From Raja brachyura (lineage: Eukaryota): DNA of 64,000 bases. Below the pieces are notes generated by a model. That model was not told the DNA's origin. It was given only the letters and a program-made list of their open reading frames with translations, and did no database searches. Both the position numbers and the translations under genes were made by a program. Location: NCBI GenBank assembly GCA_963514005.1, contig OY740787.1, positions 71,052,001 to 71,116,000 of the forward strand, given 5' to 3'. This document shows, piece by piece, positions 62,601-64,000 of the stretch. Within the stretch, counting starts at the first letter, position 1; every line of letters begins with the position of its first letter.

Positions 62601-64000
62601 TGGTGCGTTACTATCTAAGGGATACAATTGCATTGGGGATGATTGACAGAGATGTTGCTTTGGATGGAGTGTTTCAGTTATGAGGACATTAAATAGATTA
62701 ATTTTTTCTCTTCCTTGGAGCAAAAGCGGCTGGGGACGTAAGGGTTGATAATGATGTTCAATGTTATGACGGGCATGGGTTGGATAAATAGTAGGACATT
62801 TTTCACATAGCAAAGTTATATAAACTACAGAGCAAAGATTTTGGGTAAAGAATAAGATATTTAGCGGAGATCTGTGGAAGACATTTTCAACCAGAGAGTA
62901 GGCGGGACCTGGCTTAGTGGAGGCAAATACTCTCACTCACTGTAATGTATCTAGGTTAGCTAAAGACCAAGTGCTATTAAATGGGATTATATTGATAGGT
63001 GAAATTGGCTTGACATGGCAGACCGAGGTGCCTGCTTTATGGTTCTATGACTAATTTTAAAACAAAATTAAGAAAAGGAACTCCTTTTCGACTCCAAAGA
63101 AACTCTGAACCTCAAAGTTCATGGATGGGATACCCATAACTCAAAATATGCCAAGGCATCCAACTATGTATAGTTTCTATGTATAAAACTGTCCATATCT
63201 CTAGTTTCCCTTTCCCCTGACTCTCATTCTGAAGAAGGGTCTCGACCCGAAACGTCACCTATTCCTTTTCTCCAGAGATGTTGCCTGACCCGCTGAGTTA
63301 CTCCAGCATTTTGTGACTATCTTAGGTTTACCAGAATTATGTTTGGATTCGGGGGTTTCAGCTGCAAGGATAGGTTTTGTGTGTAACTTTGGTAAATCAC
63401 CTAAAGTTATGTATTCAAGAGAGATTTGGATATAGCTCTTAGGGGTAATGGAATCAAGTGATATGGAGAGAAAGCAGGAATGGGGTACTGATTCTGGATG
63501 ATCAGCCATGATCATATGGAATACCAGTGCTTGCTCGAAGAGCCGGATGGCCTACTCCTACACCTATTTTCTATGTTTCTAACTCAGAAGTCTGGACTGC
63601 TTCAGCCAGCTTCCTATTGATAAATCAAATCATTTTTTACCATTAAAGAAAATATTCATATCTTATTGTATGGATCCATCGGAATCAAAAATGAACAATT
63701 AGATGATAAATGTACCATTCGAAAATTTATAAGAATCAGCTCCTTATGTCAAGGTTCTCATTATTCCTTAATTAAATTTTTTTGCAATATGACTGGAAAA
63801 AGATGGTGGACCAATTATCACATATAACTGAGAATTTTTACACACCTTTAACTGTGACTGCAATGTCACAAGATTCACTGCCAGCTTCATTTTCGGCTTT
63901 ACAGGAATAATTCCCTGTGTCATCCAAGCTTACATCAACAATCTCTAAGAATGCCACAGAATCAACAAATGACATTGTATATTTTTCATTGAAACTAATT
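343..64000 (-). CDS. TTN: Titin (connectin), partial multi-exon gene: I-band tandem Ig, N2A and start of PEVK; extends beyond both window ends
   Basis: Dozens of 279-291-nt phase-1 exons, each one I-set Ig domain (EPP.F..K, C, W, DxGxY.C, N.AG); diagnostic N2A motifs FIAKVGGDPIPNVKW and NVDPKEYEKYARMYGITDFRGLL; PPAK-type PEVK exons. Confidence 0.98.
921..1212 (+). mobile_element. tRNA-derived SINE, HE1/V-SINE-like
   Basis: A-box-like TGGCACAGCAATAG, B-box GGTTCAATCC, V-domain-like GTTTGTATGTTCTCC..TGCGTGGGTTT, CR1-type tail GGGCCAAAGGGCCTATTTCC..CTGTATCTCTAAAC. Confidence 0.85.
1921..2004 (-). CDS. TTN: Titin PEVK exon, 84 nt (VPEIPKKAPAEKVKPVTVPRKEEVPPAK)
   Basis: AG/GT bounded, phase 1-1, ends in canonical PPAK. 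Confidence 0.93.
2356..2436 (-). CDS. TTN: Titin PEVK exon, 81 nt (VPGVSMKAVEEVKRISITQQEEIILMP)
   Basis: AG/GT bounded, open, divergent PPAK-like module. Confidence 0.75.
3308..3388 (-). CDS. TTN: Titin PEVK exon, 81 nt (VPEIHKKPISEEITAFTVSRDEVVPTK)
   Basis: AG/GT bounded, phase 1-1. Confidence 0.88.
3899..3979 (-). CDS. TTN: Titin PEVK exon, 81 nt (VPEAPKTPVVEDVDRIMLRKEEISPKK)
   Basis: Poly-T tract plus AG, GT donor, phase 1-1. Confidence 0.88.
4918..4968 (-). CDS. TTN: Putative titin PEVK exon, 51 nt (EAVEPVPVQKKKGLPIT)
   Basis: TAG acceptor, GTAAAA donor, in frame, PEVK-like composition. Confidence 0.6.
5633..5698 (-). CDS. TTN: Putative titin PEVK exon, 66 nt (VPEFAVEEVRSVTRIETVTTIT)
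   Basis: AG/GT bounded; exon and flanks resemble the 75-nt exon family. Confidence 0.65.
5870..6058 (+). mobile_element. CR1-type LINE 3' tail fragment
   Basis: End of ORF2 (GYGEKAGTGY) and 3' UTR shared with the 7255-9312 element. Confidence 0.85.
6308..7120 (-). CDS. TTN: Large titin PEVK exon, 813 nt / 271 codons, 14 tandem 19-aa units
   Basis: AAG acceptor at 7121-7123, GTACAA donor at 6307, open frame, starts VPEIPEYVPEE and ends APLK. Confidence 0.92.
6318..7110. repeat. Coding minisatellite, 57-nt period, 14 copies (PPEFIPEEAKPVIRKKAIA)
   Basis: TCAGGAGGAG recurs every 57 nt (e.g. 6421, 6478); one unit is 54 nt. Confidence 0.97.
7255..9312 (+). mobile_element. 5'-truncated CR1-type LINE, about 2.05 kb, inactivated RT ORF2
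   Basis: RT motifs YLDFQKAFDKV, GVPQGSVLGP, KFADDTKL; stop at 7857-7859 and frameshift near 8670; (TTTCTATG)n tail. Confidence 0.96.
10661..10813 (+). mobile_element. Truncated V-SINE/HE1-like SINE
   Basis: Similar to the core and tail of the 921-1212 SINE. Confidence 0.75.
10864..10938 (-). CDS. TTN: Titin PEVK exon, 75 nt (VPEVAEYVPEEVKRVTKKEKIVPIK)
   Basis: AG/GT bounded, phase 1-1. Confidence 0.9.
11128..11235 (+). mobile_element. Degraded Penelope-like short repeat
   Basis: CCACAGATACTGCCTGACCCACCGAGTTCCTCCAGCA matches the family at 63195-63325. Confidence 0.6.
11410..11693. mobile_element. MITE with 32-bp TIRs and TTA target-site duplication (PIF/Harbinger-like)
   Basis: TIR AGGGCCTGTCCCACTTTCCCGAGTTATTCACG, 2 mismatches between ends; TTA on both sides. 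Confidence 0.85.
11835..11995 (-). mobile_element. CR1-type LINE 3' tail
   Basis: Reverse complement of GGTTATGGGGAGAAGGCAGG..GAATGGCCTAATTCTGCTCCT tail. Confidence 0.8.
12314..12408 (-). mobile_element. Penelope-like short element with hammerhead-type motif
   Basis: Minus strand reads GTCTGAAGAAGGGTCTCGACCTGAAACGTCACC followed by the family body. Confidence 0.75.
12939..13013 (-). CDS. TTN: Titin PEVK exon, 75 nt (VSGVPEFIPEEVKPVSRKEKVAPIK)
   Basis: AG/GT bounded, phase 1-1. Confidence 0.9.
13958..14029 (-). CDS. TTN: Titin PEVK exon, 72 nt (VPEVAKFVPEEVKPITEKGVAPIK)
   Basis: AG/GT bounded, phase 1-1. Confidence 0.88.
14631..14686. repeat. (AT)28 microsatellite
   Basis: Perfect dinucleotide run. 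Confidence 0.98.
15013..15087 (-). CDS. TTN: Titin PEVK exon, 75 nt (VPEVPRFVPEEMKPAAQKEKTTPVK)
   Basis: AG/GT bounded, phase 1-1. Confidence 0.9.
16286..16360 (-). CDS. TTN: Titin PEVK exon, 75 nt (VPEVPEFVPEEMKPTPQEEKVAPIK)
   Basis: AG/GT bounded, phase 1-1. Confidence 0.9.
16530..17200 (+). mobile_element. CR1-type LINE 3' fragment, same family as 7255-9312
   Basis: LVRPHLEYC, LYSLEFRRLRGDLIE, FFTQRVV.LWNSLP; internal stop and frameshift. Confidence 0.93.
17370..17810. mobile_element. Old inverted pair of Penelope-like fragments
   Basis: Degenerate GAGACCCTTCA..AACTGAGAA facing TTCTCAGTTATGATGAA..GAAACATTAACTG. Confidence 0.5.
18053..18127 (-). CDS. TTN: Titin PEVK exon, 75 nt (VFKKDVSDEVKPLTVSRKEKVPPMR)
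   Basis: TTTTTTAAAG acceptor, GTATGG donor, phase 1-1. Confidence 0.85.
19372..19446 (-). CDS. TTN: Titin early PEVK exon, 75 nt (VTEISKSYEEVTYTILEGDEVDYQK)
   Basis: AG/GT bounded, open, acidic. Confidence 0.78.
20280..20475 (-). mobile_element. CR1-type LINE 3' tail
   Basis: Same family as 11835-11995. Confidence 0.8.
20907..20927 (-). CDS. TTN: Putative titin micro-exon, 21 nt (EEWTEEI)
   Basis: TTTTTTTTTACAG acceptor, G/GTAACA donor, frame-preserving. Confidence 0.7.
   Translation of the reverse strand, partial: KNGQKK
21176..21271 (+). mobile_element. Penelope-like short element, degraded hammerhead motif
   Basis: GTCTGAAGAAGGGTCTCGACCCAAAACTTCACC plus family body. Confidence 0.72.
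22135..22310 (-). mobile_element. CR1-type LINE 3' tail
   Basis: Same family as 11835-11995. Confidence 0.75.
22564..22608 (-). CDS. TTN: Titin exon, 45 nt (DVPDIGIPFERKPSP), N2A/PEVK junction
   Basis: CCTTTAG acceptor, GTAAAA donor; positional match to the human DIPD.. exon. Confidence 0.82.
22826..22852 (-). CDS. TTN: Titin micro-exon, 27 nt (EINLQQRKP)
   Basis: TACAG acceptor, GTATGT donor; matches human EIKLELKPP in position and size. Confidence 0.85.
22942..23019 (-). CDS. TTN: Titin N2A I83 C-terminal exon (GVYSVIAQLEPRGEAKSTAELYVSSQ)
   Basis: Close to human GVYSVIARLEPRGEARSTAELY. Confidence 0.95.
23511..23720 (-). CDS. TTN: Titin N2A I83 N-terminal exon, 210 nt
   Basis: FECEVSFDDAIVTW..MTIHNVT..DE. 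Confidence 0.95.
23812..24072 (-). CDS. TTN: Titin N2A I82 exon, 261 nt
   Basis: EPIVEQHLENL..CQFSLPNLKTEWFKNG. Confidence 0.95.
24167..24434 (-). CDS. TTN: Titin N2A I81 exon, 268 nt
   Basis: PIELIKDIEDQ..IKINYPEIKLSWYKGTEKLE..CGPHISSAKLTV. Confidence 0.96.
24522..24608 (-). CDS. TTN: Titin UN2A exon 2, 87 nt (EVEELDRGPEEEEFNELIQYIQHRIEKVE)
   Basis: Phase 0-0, similar to the human UN2A C-terminal helix. Confidence 0.92.
24718..24901 (-). CDS. TTN: Titin UN2A exon 1, 184 nt (MARP/ANKRD-binding unique sequence)
   Basis: IDIVELLRNVDPKEYEKYARMYGITDFRGLLQAIELLK; absent from the ORF track. Confidence 0.96.
25170..25452 (-). CDS. TTN: Titin N2A I80 exon, 283 nt
   Basis: ATFIAKVGGDPIPNVKWMKGKWRQ; GTAAGT donor. 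Confidence 0.96.
25544..25633 (-). CDS. TTN: Titin linker / I80 N-terminal exon, 90 nt (EKAAVKKVVSPPQPDQIFFIEKPKNFKGTE)
   Basis: TTTAG acceptor, GTAAGT donor, supplies the A strand of I80. Confidence 0.9.
26575..27505 (-). mobile_element. Internally deleted CR1-type LINE
   Basis: RT remnants (DWRVANVTPLFKKG, VYLDF.KAFD.VP) joined to a 3' tail. Confidence 0.88.
27510..27985 (-). mobile_element. CR1-type LINE 3' fragment, second family
   Basis: FSLE..RLRGDLIE.YKI remnants. Confidence 0.8.
27990..28220. mobile_element. Probable internal fragment of a non-autonomous DNA transposon
   Basis: CpG-rich island with internal inverted repeats (TTTTCAACATGTTGAA); no intact TIRs. Confidence 0.4.
28482..28769 (-). 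CDS. TTN: Titin Ig exon preceding N2A (I79-like), 288 nt
   Basis: ELKKPPVFD..CHVHGSEPIKVQWFK..DSGDYLCKATN. Confidence 0.96.
29027..29171 (+). mobile_element. CR1-type LINE 3' tail
   Basis: GASGIKGYGEKAGTGY plus TTTCTATG tail. Confidence 0.85.
29580..29870 (-). CDS. TTN: Titin Ig exon type L (I78-like) copy 3, 291 nt
   Basis: ERKIPPSFTKKPLETIQDSEGKSIKIEAR. Confidence 0.95.
29988..30945 (+). mobile_element. 5'-truncated CR1-type LINE with probable AACTA target-site duplication
   Basis: KYADDTKIG and a 245-aa ORF2 C-terminus; (TATATGGT)n tail; AACTA at 29983-29987 and 30946-30950. Confidence 0.93.
31806..32093 (-). CDS. TTN: Titin Ig exon type K (I77-like) copy 3, 288 nt
   Basis: ESRVAPLFDKKL..ECHLIGSSPIKVTW..IRSGGNYKI. 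Confidence 0.95.
32425..32712 (-). CDS. TTN: Titin Ig exon type J (I76-like) copy 3, 288 nt
   Basis: EHKTPPSFLRE..LPVTFECSIAGSAPI. Confidence 0.95.
32911..33330 (-). mobile_element. CR1-type LINE 3' fragment
   Basis: GHSLRIKGRPF..FTQRVLNLWN. Confidence 0.88.
33330..33635 (+). mobile_element. Old LINE/SINE 3' tail
   Basis: CACCACCTTATCAAGGGCCATTAGGGATGGACAATAAAT; related fragment at about 29260-29360. Confidence 0.55.
33775..35080 (-). mobile_element. Highly decayed CR1-type LINE
   Basis: Colinear but degraded similarity to the RT/3' region of younger CR1 copies. Confidence 0.65.
35088..35167 (-). mobile_element. Penelope-like short element, degraded hammerhead motif
   Basis: GGGTCGAGACCCTTCTTCAGA family signature. 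Confidence 0.72.
35805..36095 (-). CDS. TTN: Titin Ig exon type L copy 2, 291 nt
   Basis: DYLIPPNFTKKPLQTIQESEGKSINIEARV. Confidence 0.95.
37433..37720 (-). CDS. TTN: Titin Ig exon type K copy 2, 288 nt
   Basis: EYRVAPVFDKKIEPV. Confidence 0.95.
37874..38161 (-). CDS. TTN: Titin Ig exon type J copy 2, 288 nt
   Basis: EHKIAPSFVRKIKNMEITLG. Confidence 0.95.
38836..38933 (-). mobile_element. Penelope-like short element, degraded hammerhead motif
   Basis: GGGTCGAGACCCTTCGTCAGACTGA. Confidence 0.72.
39177..39467 (-). CDS. TTN: Titin Ig exon type L copy 1, 291 nt
   Basis: DRKVPPSFTKKPIETIQETEGK. Confidence 0.95.
39557..39776. mobile_element. MITE with 35-bp TIRs sharing termini with 11410-11693
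   Basis: AGGGCCTGTCCCACTTGGGCGTCATTTGCACGTCA and inverted copy; CpG-rich interior. Confidence 0.85.
40815..40973. mobile_element. Palindromic Penelope-like insertion with long target-site duplication
   Basis: 62-nt arms 40815-40876 / 40877-40938; AAGTAACCAGTAAG at 40802-40815 and 40974-40987. Confidence 0.85.
41089..41376 (-). CDS. TTN: Titin Ig exon type K copy 1, 288 nt
   Basis: EPRVAPVFDKRLQPV. Confidence 0.95.
41529..41816 (-). CDS. TTN: Titin Ig exon type J copy 1, 288 nt
   Basis: ERKTAPSFVRKLKNMEVTLGLP. Confidence 0.95.
41944..42222 (-). CDS. TTN: Titin Ig exon type I (10-Ig repeat position 8), 279 nt
   Basis: EPPTFVQHLEPLEITVGDS..GTPEIKVAWYKGDTKLR; absent from the ORF track. Confidence 0.93.
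42342..42620 (-). CDS. TTN: Titin Ig exon type H (10-Ig repeat position 7), 279 nt
   Basis: EPAVFQKKLKD..GKSVCLDCIYSGTPEIKVHWKKNG. Confidence 0.95.
42693..43226 (+). mobile_element. Non-autonomous Helitron-like element, copy 1
   Basis: A/TC start, ends CTAG/T, subterminal hairpin remnant. Confidence 0.72.
43230..43967 (+). mobile_element. Non-autonomous Helitron-like element, copy 2
   Basis: Homologous to copy 1; hairpin GGGACC-CAACA-GGTCCC 7 nt before CTAG/T; internal (TG)n and G-rich minisatellite. Confidence 0.72.
43996..44274 (-). CDS. TTN: Titin Ig exon type A, 279 nt
   Basis: EPASFVSKPDPQEVLPGSTVKF. Confidence 0.95.
44480..45410 (+). mobile_element. Decayed Rex1/Babar-like LINE fragment
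   Basis: Degraded RT C-terminal coding pattern (K.LGV.I...L.W..H) and GACAATAATAAAC tail. Confidence 0.6.
45465..45775 (+). mobile_element. Rex1/Babar-like LINE 3' end
   Basis: KAASII..P.HHGH.L.SLLPS..RYRSLK..TSRFRNSFFP; GACAATAAAACACTCTTGAC tail. Confidence 0.7.
46226..46513 (-). CDS. TTN: Titin Ig exon type G, 288 nt
   Basis: DRIIPPTFIRKLKKVDGILAS. Confidence 0.95.
46617..46895 (-). CDS. TTN: Titin Ig exon type F, 279 nt
   Basis: EPATIVEKTEFVSVTSGDPVTLEC. Confidence 0.95.
47013..47291 (-). CDS. TTN: Titin Ig exon type E, 279 nt
   Basis: EPPLFVKRLSNISSVFGESVTLQ. Confidence 0.95.
47401..47679 (-). CDS. TTN: Titin Ig exon type D, 279 nt
   Basis: ESPVFNKMLETMDVIKSSDVILQC. Confidence 0.95.
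47782..48063 (-). CDS. TTN: Titin Ig exon type C, 282 nt (start of the single 10-Ig super-repeat)
   Basis: EPPSFIQKLEPSKVLKKGESVHFEC. Confidence 0.95.
48493..48771 (-). CDS. TTN: Titin Ig exon type A (6-Ig repeat 4), 279 nt
   Basis: EPPRFITKPMSQEVPPRSTVLF. Confidence 0.95.
48951..49238 (-). CDS. TTN: Titin Ig exon type G (repeat 4), 288 nt
   Basis: DQLIAPTFTKKLKDM. Confidence 0.95.
49351..49629 (-). CDS. TTN: Titin Ig exon type F (repeat 4), 279 nt
   Basis: EPAKIVERAKS..LECTVAGTPDLNVKW. Confidence 0.95.
49780..50058 (-). CDS. TTN: Titin Ig exon type E (repeat 4), 279 nt
   Basis: EPPSFVKKIENVTTFVGNS. Confidence 0.95.
50317..50595 (-). CDS. TTN: Titin Ig exon type D (repeat 4), 279 nt
   Basis: EPPSFRRKLQSAEVIRNNGIILEC. 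Confidence 0.95.
50706..50987 (-). CDS. TTN: Titin Ig exon type C (repeat 4), 282 nt
   Basis: EPPSFIKKLNSSTIMKEGASARCEC. Confidence 0.95.
51148..51218 (+). mobile_element. 71-nt retroposed fragment with (GAA)n tail and 12-bp target-site duplication
   Basis: AGAGCAAACAGC at 51136-51147 and 51219-51230. Confidence 0.75.
51265..51790 (-). mobile_element. Rex1/Babar-like LINE 3' end
   Basis: Reverse-strand relative of 45465-45775; tail TTTATTGTCAC. Confidence 0.7.
52183..52461 (-). CDS. TTN: Titin Ig exon type A (repeat 3), 279 nt
   Basis: ETPSFTDKIMSQDVVLGSSVKFRG. Confidence 0.95.
52725..53012 (-). CDS. TTN: Titin Ig exon type G (repeat 3), 288 nt
   Basis: EQIIPPLLTRKLKEL. Confidence 0.95.
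53143..53421 (-). CDS. TTN: Titin Ig exon type F (repeat 3), 279 nt
   Basis: EPANIIEKTEPLTVTSGNPAILEC. Confidence 0.95.
53692..54220 (-). mobile_element. CR1-type LINE 3' fragment
   Basis: VQRRFTRLIPGM, FFTQRVVNLWNSLP, TTTCTATG tail. Confidence 0.92.
54480..54758 (-). CDS. TTN: Titin Ig exon type E (repeat 3), 279 nt
   Basis: ERPTFIQTIENATVFSGNSAVFQC. Confidence 0.95.
54888..55166 (-). CDS. TTN: Titin Ig exon type D (repeat 3), 279 nt
   Basis: ESPTFVKKLEPAEVVKSSDVTLEC. Confidence 0.95.
55887..56168 (-). CDS. TTN: Titin Ig exon type C (repeat 3), 282 nt
   Basis: EPPYFIKKLDPTAILKKGDTTIFEC. Confidence 0.95.
56404..56682 (-). CDS. TTN: Titin Ig exon type A (repeat 2), 279 nt
   Basis: EPPSFIEKPMSQESLPGSTVHF. 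Confidence 0.95.
56911..57198 (-). CDS. TTN: Titin Ig exon type G (repeat 2), 288 nt
   Basis: DQLIPPLFKRKSRKM. Confidence 0.95.
57544..57822 (-). CDS. TTN: Titin Ig exon type F (repeat 2), 279 nt, core Trp replaced by Cys
   Basis: EPAKITEQAQS..GTPELNVKCFKDG. Confidence 0.92.
57960..58238 (-). CDS. TTN: Titin Ig exon type E (repeat 2), 279 nt
   Basis: EPPGFIKKIENITSVSGNS; absent from the ORF track. Confidence 0.93.
58402..58680 (-). CDS. TTN: Titin Ig exon type D (repeat 2), 279 nt
   Basis: EPPSFIRKLQSTEIVKSSDISLEC. Confidence 0.95.
58785..59066 (-). CDS. TTN: Titin Ig exon type C (repeat 2), 282 nt
   Basis: EPPSFIKKLQSPTVLKKGVSAHFEC. Confidence 0.95.
59692..59970 (-). CDS. TTN: Titin Ig exon type A (repeat 1), 279 nt
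   Basis: EPPSFIDKIMSQEVILGSTVQFRG. Confidence 0.95.
60225..60512 (-). CDS. TTN: Titin Ig exon type G (repeat 1), 288 nt
   Basis: EQIIPPLFTRKLKDV. Confidence 0.95.
60653..60931 (-). CDS. TTN: Titin Ig exon type F (repeat 1), 279 nt
   Basis: EPANITEKTEPLTVTSGNPAILEC. Confidence 0.95.
61441..61719 (-). CDS. TTN: Titin Ig exon type E (repeat 1), 279 nt
   Basis: ERPAFEQTIENATVFSGNSAVFQC; absent from the ORF track. Confidence 0.94.
61873..62151 (-). CDS. TTN: Titin Ig exon type D (repeat 1), 279 nt
   Basis: ESPTFTKELEPVEVVKASDVILEC. Confidence 0.95.
62330..63052 (+). mobile_element. Highly decayed CR1-type LINE 3' part
   Basis: Degraded colinear similarity to the CR1 ORF2 C-terminus, ends TTCTATGA. 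Confidence 0.6.
63195..63325 (+). mobile_element. Penelope-like short element with intact minimal hammerhead core
   Basis: CTGAAGA-A-GGGTC-TC-GACCC-GAAA-CGTC at 63229-63256. Confidence 0.78.
63412..63582 (+). mobile_element. CR1-type LINE 3' tail
   Basis: GATCAGCCATGATCAT..TGGCCTACTCCT..TTTCTATGTTTCT. Confidence 0.85.
63846..64000 (-). CDS. TTN: Titin Ig exon type C (repeat 1), 3' part only
   Basis: FVDSVAFLEIVDVSLDDTGNYSCKAENEAGSESCDIAVTVK, close paralogue of 55887-56168. Confidence 0.93.

Overview
AT-rich eukaryotic genomic DNA that lies entirely inside a titin (TTN/connectin) gene on the minus strand. The repeat content (HE1/V-SINE, CR1 tails, Rex1-like and Penelope-like elements) points to a cartilaginous fish, probably a skate or ray (inference). 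In transcript order (64000 down to 1) there are 42 single-Ig phase-1 exons of the differentially spliced I-band tandem-Ig region (one cut by the window edge), the complete N2A element (I80, UN2A, I81-I83), and the first part of the PEVK spring as micro-exons and PPAK-type exons. Exon boundaries were read manually from AG/GT sites and reading frame. The most notable features are architectural departures from human titin: at least four 6-Ig super-repeats with a recent intron-inclusive duplication and a mosaic exon, only one 10-Ig super-repeat, a triplicated 3-Ig unit in front of N2A, and one 813-nt PEVK exon made of 14 tandem 57-nt units. Introns also hold hammerhead-motif Penelope-like fragments, a loop-less 124-bp palindrome, tandem Helitron-like elements and MITEs. 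No wholly new gene system is supported by the sequence; the novelty is lineage-specific titin spring design. Comparisons with human titin are from memory and need an alignment to confirm.
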